A stretch of 64,000 nucleotides of DNA from assembly GCA_963727715.1 (NCBI GenBank), contig CAVSGX010000004.1:8455-72454 (forward strand). The letters are read 5' to 3'. The stretch comes from an uncultured bacterium (lineage in GTDB: Bacteria > Patescibacteriota > Minisyncoccia > Phycocordibacterales > DATDWN01). The notes beneath the pieces are model-generated. The model did no database searches, was not told the origin of the DNA, and saw only the letters and a program-made list of their open reading frames with translations. Positions within the stretch are counted from its first letter, which is position 1, and every line of letters starts with the position of its first letter. Positions 45,957 through 55,605 of the stretch are shown one piece after another. Both the position numbers and the translations under genes were made by a program.

Positions 45957-48242
45957 TCAACCAACAACTTCTTTCTCAAGTATTTCTGATATATCTTTTA
46001 TTATTTTGTCCACTTTTATATTATCGGATTTTAGCGGGTAATAAATAAGCTTTACACCGCCGGCTTTTTCGATTTTGCCTTTAATTTTTTGAAAATCATA
46101 TTTTGAGCCGGGATGTTTAGTGGATTCAGCTGGTCTGTCATCCGAAAAAACAATCATTATTTTGTTGTCTGTTTTTTGTTTTGCAAGTCTTGCCGAAGCG
46201 GTTTCCATAGCCCAACCAATGTCGGTTTCATTATGCTCATTTCCGCAATTTTTGCAACAACTATCTTCAACCTCTTTAAACATTCCTCCCATGTGTTCCC
46301 TGATTTTTTTTGACATTGGCTCTCCAAATTTTTGATACTCGTATATATCATCATTAAAACCGTTAATTTCAACGTTCAATCCTAGTTTGTTTAATGCTTC
46401 AGCCAGCACAACTTTTGCTTTGAAATCTTCTTCAATTTTTTTACGCATAGAACCAGATAAATCGTTTAGAATGGAAATTGAATATTCTTTTTCATCTGGT
46501 TTTTCTCTTTTTTGCCAAGCGTTGCTTTCTATTGGCGAAATGCGTCTGGCTTTTTCCTGAATCCTTGTTTTTATATCAATTCTTTTGCCTATTCTAAAGC
46601 CCTTTTTCCATCTTGTGGTTTGGGTGTCAACAAATATCTGTCTTAGTTTATTTTCCAATTCATCAATCAGCGACGAAACTTCTCGTCGGTGCTTTTCATA
46701 AATATTTTCGTCTTTATTGACTTCTCTTTTTAATCTTTCTTTGTATATTCTCAATCCTTCCAAATCAAGAGGTTCTTTTCTTAAAGTTCCGGTTCTGACC
46801 GGAGCGCCGCCTTGATTTTGATTGTTTATTTCAACCCCTGGCAAATTTTCCGGCGGTTCTGGATTTTTTCTTTCTGCTTTTTCCTCCGGATTTTCAGTCA
46901 ATTTGCCTTCCATTTCTTCGTTTAGTTTGTCTTCAAATTCCTTCAGCGCTTTTTCGGCTCTGTCGGCCAGCTCTTTTTTCACATCTTCCGGAAGCGAGTC
47001 GACATAATCCCTTATTTTTTGTTTTATTTCGTCGGAAAGGTCGTTCAGGTTTATTGTCCTCGCACCGATATCGTCTAGCGTCTGTGGTTGTTCATTGCCG
47101 GTGTTGTCTTCGTGTGGAGTCGGCTTGTTTGTGATTTTATCTTCTCCCTGCCCACCTGTTGACATTGGTTTGATTTTTTCTTTCTCTTTTTTTGCTTCAT
47201 CAATAGCTTTGTCAATAGCATTTTCCAACGTTTTCTTTTCTTCTTCGGTTAATTTGTCTTCCAAATCTTTTGGCAGTTTTGATTTTTTTTCATTTTTTTT
47301 ATCTTCACTTTCTCCTTCCTGATTTCCGTTATCTTTTTGTCCATCACCACCTTCCTTCCCATTTTCTCTTTCTTGCTCTTTTTTCATTTCTTCCATCATC
47401 TTTTTCATCACATCTTTCAACACTTCTTCCATTTTCTCATCCTCTTTATCTGCTTCAACCAGTTTTTTAAATTCTGGCCAAATTTCTTCCAGATTTATTT
47501 CATACGACACTTTGGCGTATTCTTTTATTTTTTCTTCACTTTCATCCGCTTCCTCTCGCGACGGATATCGCCACCAAGAATCCTGAGCTGATTTCAGTGT
47601 GGCTAAAACAACAGCTTTGACTTCTTCGGGCAAATCTTCCGAAATTTCAAAATTCTGTCCCTGTTTTTCACGAAACCATTGTCTAATATATTCATACCCC
47701 GCTTGCACAAAACGCGGTTGGAAACCCAGTTTTTCGGTAGCTTCTTTCTTTTCTTTTTCTCTTTTGGCAAAAAAATCATCCCAAGCAAATTTTATATTTT
47801 CATCGTATTTCGGATAACTCTCGGAAACAAAGTTGTCGTTTCTGGGATCTTCAATGAAATTCATCATAGCTGAAAAGCCCGGTTGTCGCCATGTTTCAAT
47901 CGGAATAAAATCTGTTCTGGAAACTCGTCTATGTCCTCCTTCGTGACAAATTAAATATCTCAATAATTCAATTGGCTCCGTCAGCAGAGTTTTCGGGTCA
48001 ACTCTGATGACATTTTTTTGAAAATCCCAATGCCAGCCAGCGCCTGGTTGGTTTAGTTCTATCGGCATCTCAAAATCTTTGCCAATAAAATAAGCCAGAG
48101 ATGACAAAATATTTTTCTTGCGCAGAATTTCTTTTTGTTCTTCTTCGTTAAATCGCTTCAAGATTTCCTCTTCTGGATTTTGCCGGAGAGAATCGTAGGT
48201 TTGTTCGTTTTGATTGAATTTTGGTCCTTCCATAATTTGCAA
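45957..48242 (-). CDS. Putative zinc metallopeptidase (HExxH) N-domain, Glu/Lys-rich low-complexity linker and C-terminal VWA (MIDAS) domain; DUF2201-like AAA-partner architecture
   Basis: LICHEGGHRRVS (HExxH); central 300 aa of E/K-rich repeats; C-terminal ..ISILNDLSGSMRKK.. (DxSxS MIDAS) ...IMIVFSDDRPAEST... Confidence 0.75.
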   Translation of the reverse strand: MQIMEGPKFNQNEQTYDSLRQNPEEEILKRFNEEEQKEILRKKNILSSLAYFIGKDFEMPIELNQPGAGWHWDFQKNVIRVDPKTLLTEPIELLRYLICHEGGHRRVSRTDFIPIETWRQPGFSAMMNFIEDPRNDNFVSESYPKYDENIKFAWDDFFAKREKEKKEATEKLGFQPRFVQAGYEYIRQWFREKQGQNFEISEDLPEEVKAVVLATLKSAQDSWWRYPSREEADESEEKIKEYAKVSYEINLEEIWPEFKKLVEADKEDEKMEEVLKDVMKKMMEEMKKEQERENGKEGGDGQKDNGNQEGESEDKKNEKKSKLPKDLEDKLTEEEKKTLENAIDKAIDEAKKEKEKIKPMSTGGQGEDKITNKPTPHEDNTGNEQPQTLDDIGARTINLNDLSDEIKQKIRDYVDSLPEDVKKELADRAEKALKEFEDKLNEEMEGKLTENPEEKAERKNPEPPENLPGVEINNQNQGGAPVRTGTLRKEPLDLEGLRIYKERLKREVNKDENIYEKHRREVSSLIDELENKLRQIFVDTQTTRWKKGFRIGKRIDIKTRIQEKARRISPIESNAWQKREKPDEKEYSISILNDLSGSMRKKIEEDFKAKVVLAEALNKLGLNVEINGFNDDIYEYQKFGEPMSKKIREHMGGMFKEVEDSCCKNCGNEHNETDIGWAMETASARLAKQKTDNKIMIVFSDDRPAESTKHPGSKYDFQKIKGKIEKAGGVKLIYYPLKSDNIKVDKIIKDISEILEKEVVG

Positions 48243-48263
48243 GATTATAGCAAATTTTTGGAA

Positions 48264-49526
48264 TTATTTCGCTTCAAGGGCCCCGGCGGTGTATTTATTG
48301 GACGCTGACCAAAGAAGCCACGAGGAAAGGCCCGAGTCGTTCACTGCTTTGATCTCAGCCGAAACTTCGGTCGGACCGTAATCCATAGTTAAACCGAAAT
48401 CTTGTAACCAAGGGCGCAACTTCTCGGCTGTGCTGGCAAAATCACTGGTGGAACTGGCTAGATTTTTTTCACGAGCAACGGCTGATTGCATAGCGTAAGA
48501 AACGATTTGATACGGATACTGTTCCGGATTTTTGAAACCGTCAAAGTTTTTAGAGTAATGGGATGGATAAACCATAGGCGAGACATAATCAAAATACGGC
48601 AAGGCATTGATTAAAACCTGCCCGATACCCATATCGTCATTGGCTGTCGTGGTTTCCCCGAAAAGATCGGCTGAAATTTTCAGAGCCGACGCTTTGGTCG
48701 GCTCCCCGACCTTCGATTTTGCAATCAAAGCGTCGGGGACGCCATCTTTTTGTGGCGTGCCGTCATTTTCGGCCAGACGGTCGCGCAAATAGCTGAAAAA
48801 ATTTTTCAAAATTTCAGTTTTCGGGGTGCTCGTGCTGAACGGATAGGAAATGTCTTGCATATTTCCATCGGATGGAAAACGAATATAATCAAAATTAACC
48901 TCATCAAAACCAATGGCTCGCGCTTGTCTGGCCAGCGAAACAATGTAATCCCAATACTCTGGCGCGCCCGGATCAATCCAAGAAATACCTTTGTTATCTT
49001 TCCAAACAGCCGTACCAGCTAAATTTTTGACAGCTAGGTCAGGACGAACTTTAACGAAGTAAGCGTCTTGAAAAACAGCAATGCGGGCAATGGCGTAGAT
49101 GCCGTTTTGGTGGAGCTCCGCCACAAAATTTTGCATATCCGGCACGCGATCATCCTCGGAACCGTAAGCTTTCAATTTTGGATCGCTGATCGGAAAAAAT
49201 ATTTTGCCGGAATAATCCTTGATATCAATAACCAAAGTATTGAGTTCAGTATCGTCAATCAACTTAACCAACGGCTCTCGCAAACTTTTGTCCGAAGCTG
49301 TCCAGCTAGTCATATAAATTCCCTTGACCGGATCCGGTGTCGGCACATATGACGGCAGAAAAATTTTAGCTGGCGCTTGGACAACTGAAGTGGAGGAAGT
49401 GGTGACGCCAATAGAATTAAAAACAAAATGTCGGCTAAAAATCTGCGGAAGATAAAAACAAAAAACAACCAAAAAAAGGACGACACAAAATATGATTACC
49501 TGCCTGTGTCGCGATAAAAAGTTCAT
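48264..49526 (-). CDS. Putative glycoside hydrolase-like TIM-barrel protein (DUF4015/GHL15-like) with N-terminal signal anchor
   Basis: ..NTLVIDIKDYSGKIFFP..IYAIARIAVFQD..IGFDEVNFDYIRFP.. resembles the DUF4015 conserved blocks. Confidence 0.55.
   Translation of the reverse strand: MNFLSRHRQVIIFCVVLFLVVFCFYLPQIFSRHFVFNSIGVTTSSTSVVQAPAKIFLPSYVPTPDPVKGIYMTSWTASDKSLREPLVKLIDDTELNTLVIDIKDYSGKIFFPISDPKLKAYGSEDDRVPDMQNFVAELHQNGIYAIARIAVFQDAYFVKVRPDLAVKNLAGTAVWKDNKGISWIDPGAPEYWDYIVSLARQARAIGFDEVNFDYIRFPSDGNMQDISYPFSTSTPKTEILKNFFSYLRDRLAENDGTPQKDGVPDALIAKSKVGEPTKASALKISADLFGETTTANDDMGIGQVLINALPYFDYVSPMVYPSHYSKNFDGFKNPEQYPYQIVSYAMQSAVAREKNLASSTSDFASTAEKLRPWLQDFGLTMDYGPTEVSAEIKAVNDSGLSSWLLWSASNKYTAGALEAK
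48684..48735. repeat. Copy of a double-hairpin motif AGCCGACGcTTnGGTCGGCTCCCCGACC...GCGTCGGGG (other copies at 54826..54870 and 58833..58876)
   Basis: The 15-mer gtcggctccccgacc is shared exactly by all three loci. This copy lies inside the CDS 48264..49526; the other two flank the 16S gene. Confidence 0.6.
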
Positions 49527-49543
49527 ATTATTTTCAAAAAATT

Positions 49544-49849
49544 TTAGAGTTGTTTGTCCTGGTTAGAAATTTCAGTGATCGTTTCAACTGTATCAGGTTT
49601 CGGTTCGGGTTTAGGTAAAATCTCCTCTCTCATCTCCGGTGCGCTTTCGCTCCAAATTGGAGTGATTTTTTCTCGGCGACGGCGAGGAATATTGTGACGG
49701 GGCAGAGAAAATTTAACCGAGAGTAAAATCAAACAGAGGCCGGAGATAACAGCCAAAAAAGTTCGGCCGGATGACGGCAAACCGAAAAAAGGAATGAGAA
49801 AAATAAATATCCCCAGAAAAAATGTTTTGTTGTTTTTTATCATATACAA
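49544..49849 (-). CDS. Small membrane protein (101 aa, two TM helices)
   Basis: Hydrophobic N-terminal two thirds; no homolog recognised. Confidence 0.4.
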   Translation of the reverse strand: MYMIKNNKTFFLGIFIFLIPFFGLPSSGRTFLAVISGLCLILLSVKFSLPRHNIPRRRREKITPIWSESAPEMREEILPKPEPKPDTVETITEISNQDKQL

Positions 49850-49971
49850 ATCTTAATATAAAAATGTGAAAATGAAAAGCTGATAGATATAAAAAGAAAG
49901 GCCCGGCGCTTGCGCACCAGGCCAGGATTCTTCGGGTCCCAACCGCCTCTCGTGAGAGAGGAAAGAACGAA

Positions 49972-50763
49972 CTAGACCGCGGCCGGCTCCTCAACTTCGG
50001 CGTCGTCGCCCGTCCAGCCGGCTCTCTCCAGGGCCGTTGCCATGATGGCAGTGCCATTGGGACCCGCTGGGTAACTCGCGTCTTCCTGGGCGACCGCCCC
50101 CGGCGAAGTGAATTTGCTGTCCGGGAATGGCTTCTTGTGACCGCCGCCACGTTGGTTGCTGGACGAATTCGGCAGGTGGTATTTGCCCTTGTTGTGAACG
50201 CTGTCCACCAGGCCCCACAGACTGTCGTCCGATTCCATCCGGTCGGCGTAAGCCAACTTGAGGAAACCGGCGATGTTCTTGAATTCATCTTCGCCGGCGC
50301 CGAGACCGAGAAGAGCGGCCAGAAGTCCCTGAACGGCGTAGAAGAAGTCTTCCGTGTCGCCGTGCGCCTTGGTCCATTCCGGCGCCTGCCAGGTCGGTTT
50401 CGCGAAGTCGTCCGAGAGTAGTCGATGGAGATAGATATCTCCGATTTCCTGGCGGTCGGTCAGCCTGATGAACTCCGGAATCGCCCCGACCCACAAACGG
50501 TTCGGGAACTTCGTGACGAATCTCACGGCAGCATCGACGCCCGCCGGGCACTCGATGGCCGCGAAGATCGTCTCAGTGCTCGTCATCACATCGGCCAACC
50601 TGACTGTGCCGGCGACGAGCCGGTCAAGGATAGAAACAGCCTCGACCGAGCGCCTCTCCCGATGTCGGAGGCTAGTAGCCTCCAAGGTCTCCTTGACAGC
50701 TTCATTTGGAGGCGGCATGACAGTGGCAGCCGCCTTAATCCTGCGGAGCAAATTCAATCCCAT
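49972..50763 (-). CDS. Hypothetical protein encoded in a high-GC (about 60%) island; compositionally foreign
   Basis: 263-aa ORF with strong GC3 bias (Ala/Gly/Arg-rich) embedded in about 37% GC host DNA; flanked 3' by GC-rich hairpins (cctctcGTGAgagagg; ggcccggcgcttgcgcaccaggcc). Confidence 0.6.
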   Translation of the reverse strand: MGLNLLRRIKAAATVMPPPNEAVKETLEATSLRHRERRSVEAVSILDRLVAGTVRLADVMTSTETIFAAIECPAGVDAAVRFVTKFPNRLWVGAIPEFIRLTDRQEIGDIYLHRLLSDDFAKPTWQAPEWTKAHGDTEDFFYAVQGLLAALLGLGAGEDEFKNIAGFLKLAYADRMESDDSLWGLVDSVHNKGKYHLPNSSSNQRGGGHKKPFPDSKFTSPGAVAQEDASYPAGPNGTAIMATALERAGWTGDDAEVEEPAAV

Positions 50764-50985
50764 AAAAACCTCTTCTCCTCCATTTAGCCTAGGAGGTCGG
50801 CATTTTTCGAGGATCGTGCCTTTGGTTTAAACCTCCAGCATTCCGCAGATAAGTATACACCTTTTAATAATTTTGTCAAGCACATTTTTGGCCATATTTT
50901 AAGCCACTTTTTTAAGCATAAAAAATTACCTATTTATTTTTCCAAAAAAAATCCTGTGGCGTGTGGCCAGCAGGATTATCAAGAA

Positions 50986-51513
50986 CTATTGCTTTTTATA
51001 CAACTTTTCCTTCACATGACTGTAGACTTCATCGCTCAATCGAAACTCTCCCATAAGATACGAGGCGATTTCCTTGGCGAATCTGACCATGGCCGGCCGC
51101 TCGAGATCCCAATCTGTGAAGGTGTGACAATTTGGATTTCTCTTACCGTCAGCGTCAAGAGTAACATCAACGAATGCTACATTTCTACAGAGAGAAAAAA
51201 TGAAATCGGTGCCGTAGAAATAATCCATCGGCGTACCGAAGGCAGTCAAAAGCCTGAGATGACGACGCAGTCTTTTTGGCAAATGCTGTTTGACTTCGAC
51301 AAACACTTGCCAGAAGAAAGCGTTGTTTTCTTTCAAAGCATTCTGATCGGCATTGCGAGCTAGGACTAAATTAATTGTCTCCACCATAGCGGTGGGGAAA
51401 TCAAAACGTTGGCTGTCTGGCCCATATGCCACCCAGCCGGTATCTACGGAAGAAAAACCCCCACAAAACCTTTCAAAATCATATCCGGTTCGAAATGACT
51501 GTCTCGTTTGCAC
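50986..51513 (-). CDS. Hypothetical protein (175 aa), moderately elevated GC, adjacent to the high-GC gene
   Basis: Complete ORF with coding-like periodicity; no recognisable family. Confidence 0.45.
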   Translation of the reverse strand: MQTRQSFRTGYDFERFCGGFSSVDTGWVAYGPDSQRFDFPTAMVETINLVLARNADQNALKENNAFFWQVFVEVKQHLPKRLRRHLRLLTAFGTPMDYFYGTDFIFSLCRNVAFVDVTLDADGKRNPNCHTFTDWDLERPAMVRFAKEIASYLMGEFRLSDEVYSHVKEKLYKKQ

Positions 51514-51558
51514 ATTTGGACTCCTCTGCTACTATATAAGCATAAAGCAAAAATAAAG

Positions 51559-52596
51559 TCAACTGATTTGCAAGTTTGGCAAAAGTTCCCTGTCTCGCTC
51601 CGTTTCTTCAATAATTTTTGCCATATCTGCCACTACTTCCAAGGGGTACTTGCCAACGGCCGTTTCTTCGGAGAGCATGACTGCTTCAGCGCCATCCAAA
51701 ACGGCATTGGCCACATCAGAAACTTCGGCCCGAGTCGGTCTTTCGTTTTCCACCATTGATTCCATCATTTGAGTGGCGATGATTGTCGGTTTACTGACCT
51801 CGTTGCATTTTCCGGTGATCATTTTTTGAACGAACGGCACTTTTTCAAAAGGAATCTCCACGGCCAAGTCTCCGCGAGCCACCATTATGGAGTCCGAAGC
51901 GGAAATAATTTCGTCTATGTTCTCCACAGCTTGTGGTGTTTCTATTTTGGCGATGATTTTAGCTTGGCACCCGCGCTCTTCTAGAATTTTCCGTAATCCT
52001 AAAATATCCGAAGCTCTGCGAACAAAAGATACGGCCACAAAATCAACTTTGTTTTTTATACCGAACTCCAAACTGGCCAAATCTTTTTCGGTCAGAGCAT
52101 TAACCGAAAGTTCCGAGCCAGGCAGGTTGAGCCCCTTTCTGCTTTTGACTTCCCCGCCGATTAAAACTTTGCAGACGACATCATTGTCTTTGATTCCCGA
52201 GACTTCCAATTTTATTCTGCCATCGTCAATATAAATAAAATCGCCCGGAGAAACTTCTTTCGGCAAGAATGGGTAATTGACCGAAACACGGTTTTGGTCG
52301 CCTTGGCACTGGTCCGTGGTCAGAGTAAACATTTTTCCTTCTTTCAAACAAACAGTGTCGGATCCGAAATTGCCGATGCGGATTTTTGGCCCGGGCAAAT
52401 CCTGAATGACCCCGGCGACAATGCCGGTGTTTTTTACAGCTGTTTGAATATTGTCAAAGCGTTTTTGTTGCTCATCTATATCGGCTTGAGAAAAGTTGAG
52501 ACGAAAAATATTAGCTCCAGCTTTGAGCAATTCTTCAAGCATCTCCACATCTCTGGTTGATGGACCAATGGTGACAATAATTTTAGTTTTTCTCAT
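51559..52596 (-). CDS. pyk: Pyruvate kinase (short form without C-terminal regulatory domain); start at MRKTKII
   Basis: [33 protein letters not shown]..., ..[12 protein letters not shown].. catalytic motifs. Confidence 0.85.
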   Translation of the reverse strand: MRKTKIIVTIGPSTRDVEMLEELLKAGANIFRLNFSQADIDEQQKRFDNIQTAVKNTGIVAGVIQDLPGPKIRIGNFGSDTVCLKEGKMFTLTTDQCQGDQNRVSVNYPFLPKEVSPGDFIYIDDGRIKLEVSGIKDNDVVCKVLIGGEVKSRKGLNLPGSELSVNALTEKDLASLEFGIKNKVDFVAVSFVRRASDILGLRKILEERGCQAKIIAKIETPQAVENIDEIISASDSIMVARGDLAVEIPFEKVPFVQKMITGKCNEVSKPTIIATQMMESMVENERPTRAEVSDVANAVLDGAEAVMLSEETAVGKYPLEVVADMAKIIEETERDRELLPNLQIS

Positions 52597-52672
52597 TACA
52601 AATATAATACAGGAAAACGGGAAGAAAGAGAAATGGAAATAATCTGTTTTACACAAAACAAAAGCCAGTTGT

Positions 52673-53281
52673 TTAGAGCAACTGGCAAATTTTTGGGGTT
52701 CTTTGTTTTTGCGTCATTCGGTACGCATCGACAATAAAACCCAAAGAAATTATTTGTTGAACGAAAAGCCATGGGTAGTTTTCTATATACATCAGCCACC
52801 CACAAGCAACGTGCATAAGAACATACCAGAGATATCCGCCAGACCGCTCTTTGGCAAGCATGTATGTGCCTATAAGAAAACCTGACACAAGCCCAACCTC
52901 CAGCCATTGATTAACAGTTTTGAGCCCACCGAAATCATATAGACTGTAAGTGAACCCAAGTGCAATGCAAATGACAGCAAGGTGATCAAGCCAACGTGGT
53001 GGTTTTTTAGTTATGCCACGAATAGCAATCACTAAACCCAGCACCATTGCTGGAGCTCCACTTGTTTCTACTGAAGCGGCGATCCAGTTTCGCTCCTTCA
53101 CAAAAATAATCACCCATGGAGGTAAACCAATAAGATACACTGCCCATGAGGCGATTTTCCAATTCCGCTTTTTCCCTATATCACCCCGATTGTGGGCATG
53201 TTCCGAAAATGAGAAAAAAATCTTATTGAGAAGATAAAATATCCCCCCAAGGTACTGTAACAGCAAAACACCCCTAGCCAC
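52673..53281 (-). CDS. Small polytopic membrane protein, possibly PnuC-like nicotinamide riboside transporter
   Basis: 202 aa, 6-7 TM helices, Trp-rich loops; assignment tentative. Confidence 0.35.
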   Translation of the reverse strand: MARGVLLLQYLGGIFYLLNKIFFSFSEHAHNRGDIGKKRNWKIASWAVYLIGLPPWVIIFVKERNWIAASVETSGAPAMVLGLVIAIRGITKKPPRWLDHLAVICIALGFTYSLYDFGGLKTVNQWLEVGLVSGFLIGTYMLAKERSGGYLWYVLMHVACGWLMYIENYPWLFVQQIISLGFIVDAYRMTQKQRTPKICQLL

Positions 53282-54296
53282 CTTTGAAGTAGGACAGTTA
53301 GAATTAATGCATTAGTCGAAAATTAATTTTAATTGTCATATGAAAAACAAATATCATCATTTGTCTTTTGAAGAGAGGTTTTGTATTGAAAAGATGTATT
53401 GCGCCGGTTCGGCCATTCGCAAAATTGCCGAATTTCTCGGTCGGAGTGTCAACACTGTGAGCAGAGAAATACAAAAACACAGTGTTAATGGGGTGTATGA
53501 AGCGGAAAAAGCCAAGCAGAAAGTTTCAATGAAAAGATGGCGAGCCAAACAGCAGTGTCTGAAAGTGGCGCTTGACCCGTTTCTCTGTCGATTCGTGGTG
53601 GAACGATTAACCAAGCCGTATCATTGGTCGCCGAAGCAGATTAGCGGGTATCTTGAATGTGAAATGGGTATCATCTGCTCGGCCAAAGCCATATACAAAT
53701 TTGCCGAGTCGAGAGGTCTAAACCACCTGCTTTTTTGGGGTTGGAACAATCACAAGGGTGGGAGAAAACGAAATCATTGGAAGCACATTCAGGATGGCAG
53801 GAAGTATATTGATGTCAGACCGGAGAGAAAAGGTCTAGGACACATTGAGCTCGATTTCATCGTTTCCAAAGACAGTTCGTGGGTACTTTTGGTTGCTGTG
53901 GATTGGCAAGCCAAAAGAACATGGGTCAGGAAACTGCCCAACAGAAAACGCGACACTATTCGTGCCGCGCTTTCCCGTCTGTTCCATGGTGTTGAATTGA
54001 AGAGCATCACCACAGACAACGATATTGCATTCACCTGTTGGAAAGAGTTGGAAACTCTCCTGCAAGTGCCAATCTATTTTACACATCCATACCATTCTTG
54101 GGAAAAAGGTCTGGTGGAAAACACCAACAGATGGATCAGATGTTTTGTGCCTAAACGAAGAGATATTGAGTCAGTCACTGAGGAAGAATTGCAAGAAATA
54201 CATTCCTTCCTAAACAACCGACCGAGAGAAGTGATTGGCTTCCGCGCGCCAATGAGTTATTATTCAAACATTAGTTCTGTCCTACTTGAGGGGTAA
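53282..54296 (+). mobile_element. IS30-family insertion sequence (about 1.0 kb) with imperfect terminal inverted repeats
   Basis: IRL cctttgAAGTAGGACAGttagaatTAATG (53282-) against IRR reverse complement cctcAAGTAGGACAGaacTAATG (ending about 54292). Single transposase ORF inside. Confidence 0.8.
53340..54296 (+). CDS. IS30-family DDE transposase
   Basis: N-terminal HTH (HLSFEERFCIEKMYCAGSAIRKIAEFLGRSVNTVSREI), DDE core with ..FTHPYHSWEKGLVENTNRWIRCFVPK... Confidence 0.85.
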   Translation: MKNKYHHLSFEERFCIEKMYCAGSAIRKIAEFLGRSVNTVSREIQKHSVNGVYEAEKAKQKVSMKRWRAKQQCLKVALDPFLCRFVVERLTKPYHWSPKQISGYLECEMGIICSAKAIYKFAESRGLNHLLFWGWNNHKGGRKRNHWKHIQDGRKYIDVRPERKGLGHIELDFIVSKDSSWVLLVAVDWQAKRTWVRKLPNRKRDTIRAALSRLFHGVELKSITTDNDIAFTCWKELETLLQVPIYFTHPYHSWEKGLVENTNRWIRCFVPKRRDIESVTEEELQEIHSFLNNRPREVIGFRAPMSYYSNISSVLLEG

Positions 54297-54353
54297 TTGG
54301 AGGACACACCTCCATTAAATAAAATATCACAATAAAATAATAAAGTCAAATTG

Positions 54354-54427
54354 TGCGCGTGCCAGGACTCGAACCTGGGACCTCGTCATTATCAGTGACG
54401 TGCTCTAGCCACCTGAGCTACACGCGC
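54354..54427 (-). tRNA. tRNA-Ile (anticodon GAT), no encoded CCA
   Basis: Reverse complement GCGCGTGTAGCTCAGGTGGCTAGAGCACGTCACTGATAATGACGAGGTCCCAGGTTCGAGTCCTGGCACGCGCA folds as a cloverleaf with anticodon loop CUGAUAA. Confidence 0.9.
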
Positions 54428-54825
54428 GTATTTCAGAAAAATATAACAAAAAAAACGTTTTTAAGCAAACAAAAAAGGTCAGAGGGGACAAGCCCTCTAA
54501 CCCCGAGAATAAGGATGATTTTCCTTTTTCAAAATCTTGTATTCTAAAAAACCATAACCAAAAAGCAAAATGAGACAAACAATGAAAAAGATAAGCGACC
54601 GAAGTGGCTCCTTGGGATCGATGGGTTCCAATTTGTTTGGGAATCCTATACAAACCACAACACAAATCGCCACCGCTAGTAAAATCGGTATTCTGATTTT
54701 TTTTAGTGTACTAAGACTCATAGGTGAACCTCCACATAGAACTATATCATACTTTGTCCACAAAAGTCAAGTATAAATTTTTATACGAAAAAACCACTTT
54801 GTTTAGCGGTTTTTTCGAGCTATAA

Positions 54826-54870
54826 GCCGACGCTTCGGTCGGCTCCCCGACCGCAACGTCGGGGTTGTCC
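54826..54870. repeat. Copy of the double-hairpin motif (AGCCGACGcTTnGGTCGGCTCCCCGACC...GCGTCGGGG) in the 16S 3' flank / 16S-tRNAIle spacer
   Basis: Shares the exact 15-mer gtcggctccccgacc with 48684..48735 and 58833..58876; together with the 58833..58876 copy it brackets the 16S gene (candidate pre-16S processing stalk). Confidence 0.6.
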
Positions 54871-55350
54871 TTTATTTTGTTCCGTTCACCCGAGTCTTTC
54901 CTCGGTGTCAAACTGTTTTAGGACGCACAGTCATCGTCCATTGTCTGCTCAATTGAGGCAGGCAATATCGACTCAATCGTTCGACACATTCTAGGAACGC
55001 GCCGGACTTCTCGATCAGAGACCGAGAGTTTTTCAAATTGAATTATTCCACGACCAGCTTCCGCTAGCCGTGCCTTGTTACGACTTAGTCTTTGTCATTG
55101 AGCTTACCTTGGTGCCGCAAAAACGACGCTTCGGGTATTCCCAACTCCCCTGACTTGACGGGCGGATTTCGATAACTTTCGTTTCAGGTTCCCTGAAGTT
55201 TTTAACTTCACCATATCGCTTCCCGTTATTCACGACTTTGGACGTAGCGAGCGGATTTCCCGCACTACGCGAGTTCGATAGTTTCTAGAACTAACGATTT
55301 TGTCCTTCATTTTGTTTTTCAACAAAACTACTACGACGCAGCTGACTTCC

Positions 55351-55605
55351 AGCACTAATTTTTGGAGTCAAGATTTTCACTTGACAAACACATTTTTTTC
55401 TTATTATTTCATAGGAGGTACTTCGTATGCACATATTTGAGGTTTTTGTATGTGTTGTTTTGGCAATCATGTTTCTTCCTTTGCCAATTTTCTTTTTGCG
55501 TTTTATTGCTTGTATAATAACTGATGCTGATTAAATCTAATCAGTTATTAGTCGACTTGAGTGATTTTGTCAAATCACTCTTTTCTTTTTCCAAAAATTA
55601 GTGCT
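55351..55605 (+). mobile_element. MITE-like cassette with 15-bp terminal inverted repeats AGCACTAATTTTTGG / CCAAAAATTAGTGCT, inside 16S intron 2 and antisense to the rRNA; carries a promoter, RBS, 35-aa ORF and terminator
   Basis: TTGACA (55381) -N15- TATTAT, AGGAGG (55414), ATG 55427, terminator gagtgattt-tgtc-aaatcactc followed by a T-run. Confidence 0.6.
55427..55534 (+). CDS. Small hydrophobic peptide (35 aa) MHIFEVFVCVVLAIMFLPLPIFFLRFIACIITDAD
   Basis: Consensus RBS 8 nt upstream, single predicted TM helix, own promoter and terminator inside the TIR cassette. Confidence 0.5.
   Translation: MHIFEVFVCVVLAIMFLPLPIFFLRFIACIITDAD

Noticed and set aside
49713-50787. Alternative-frame ORFs in the high-GC island (49713..50288, 49991..50218, 50137..50421, 50285..50551, 50425..50787, 50468..50830)
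   Set aside because: High GC removes stop codons in all frames. Only 49972..50763 spans the island with consistent GC3 bias and a plausible start/stop context.
54428-54900. ORFs 54405..54665, 54497..54763, 54570..54776 in the 16S-tRNAIle spacer
   Set aside because: Located in the rRNA operon spacer between the 16S 3' end and tRNA-Ile, overlapping the structured repeat; no coding signal.
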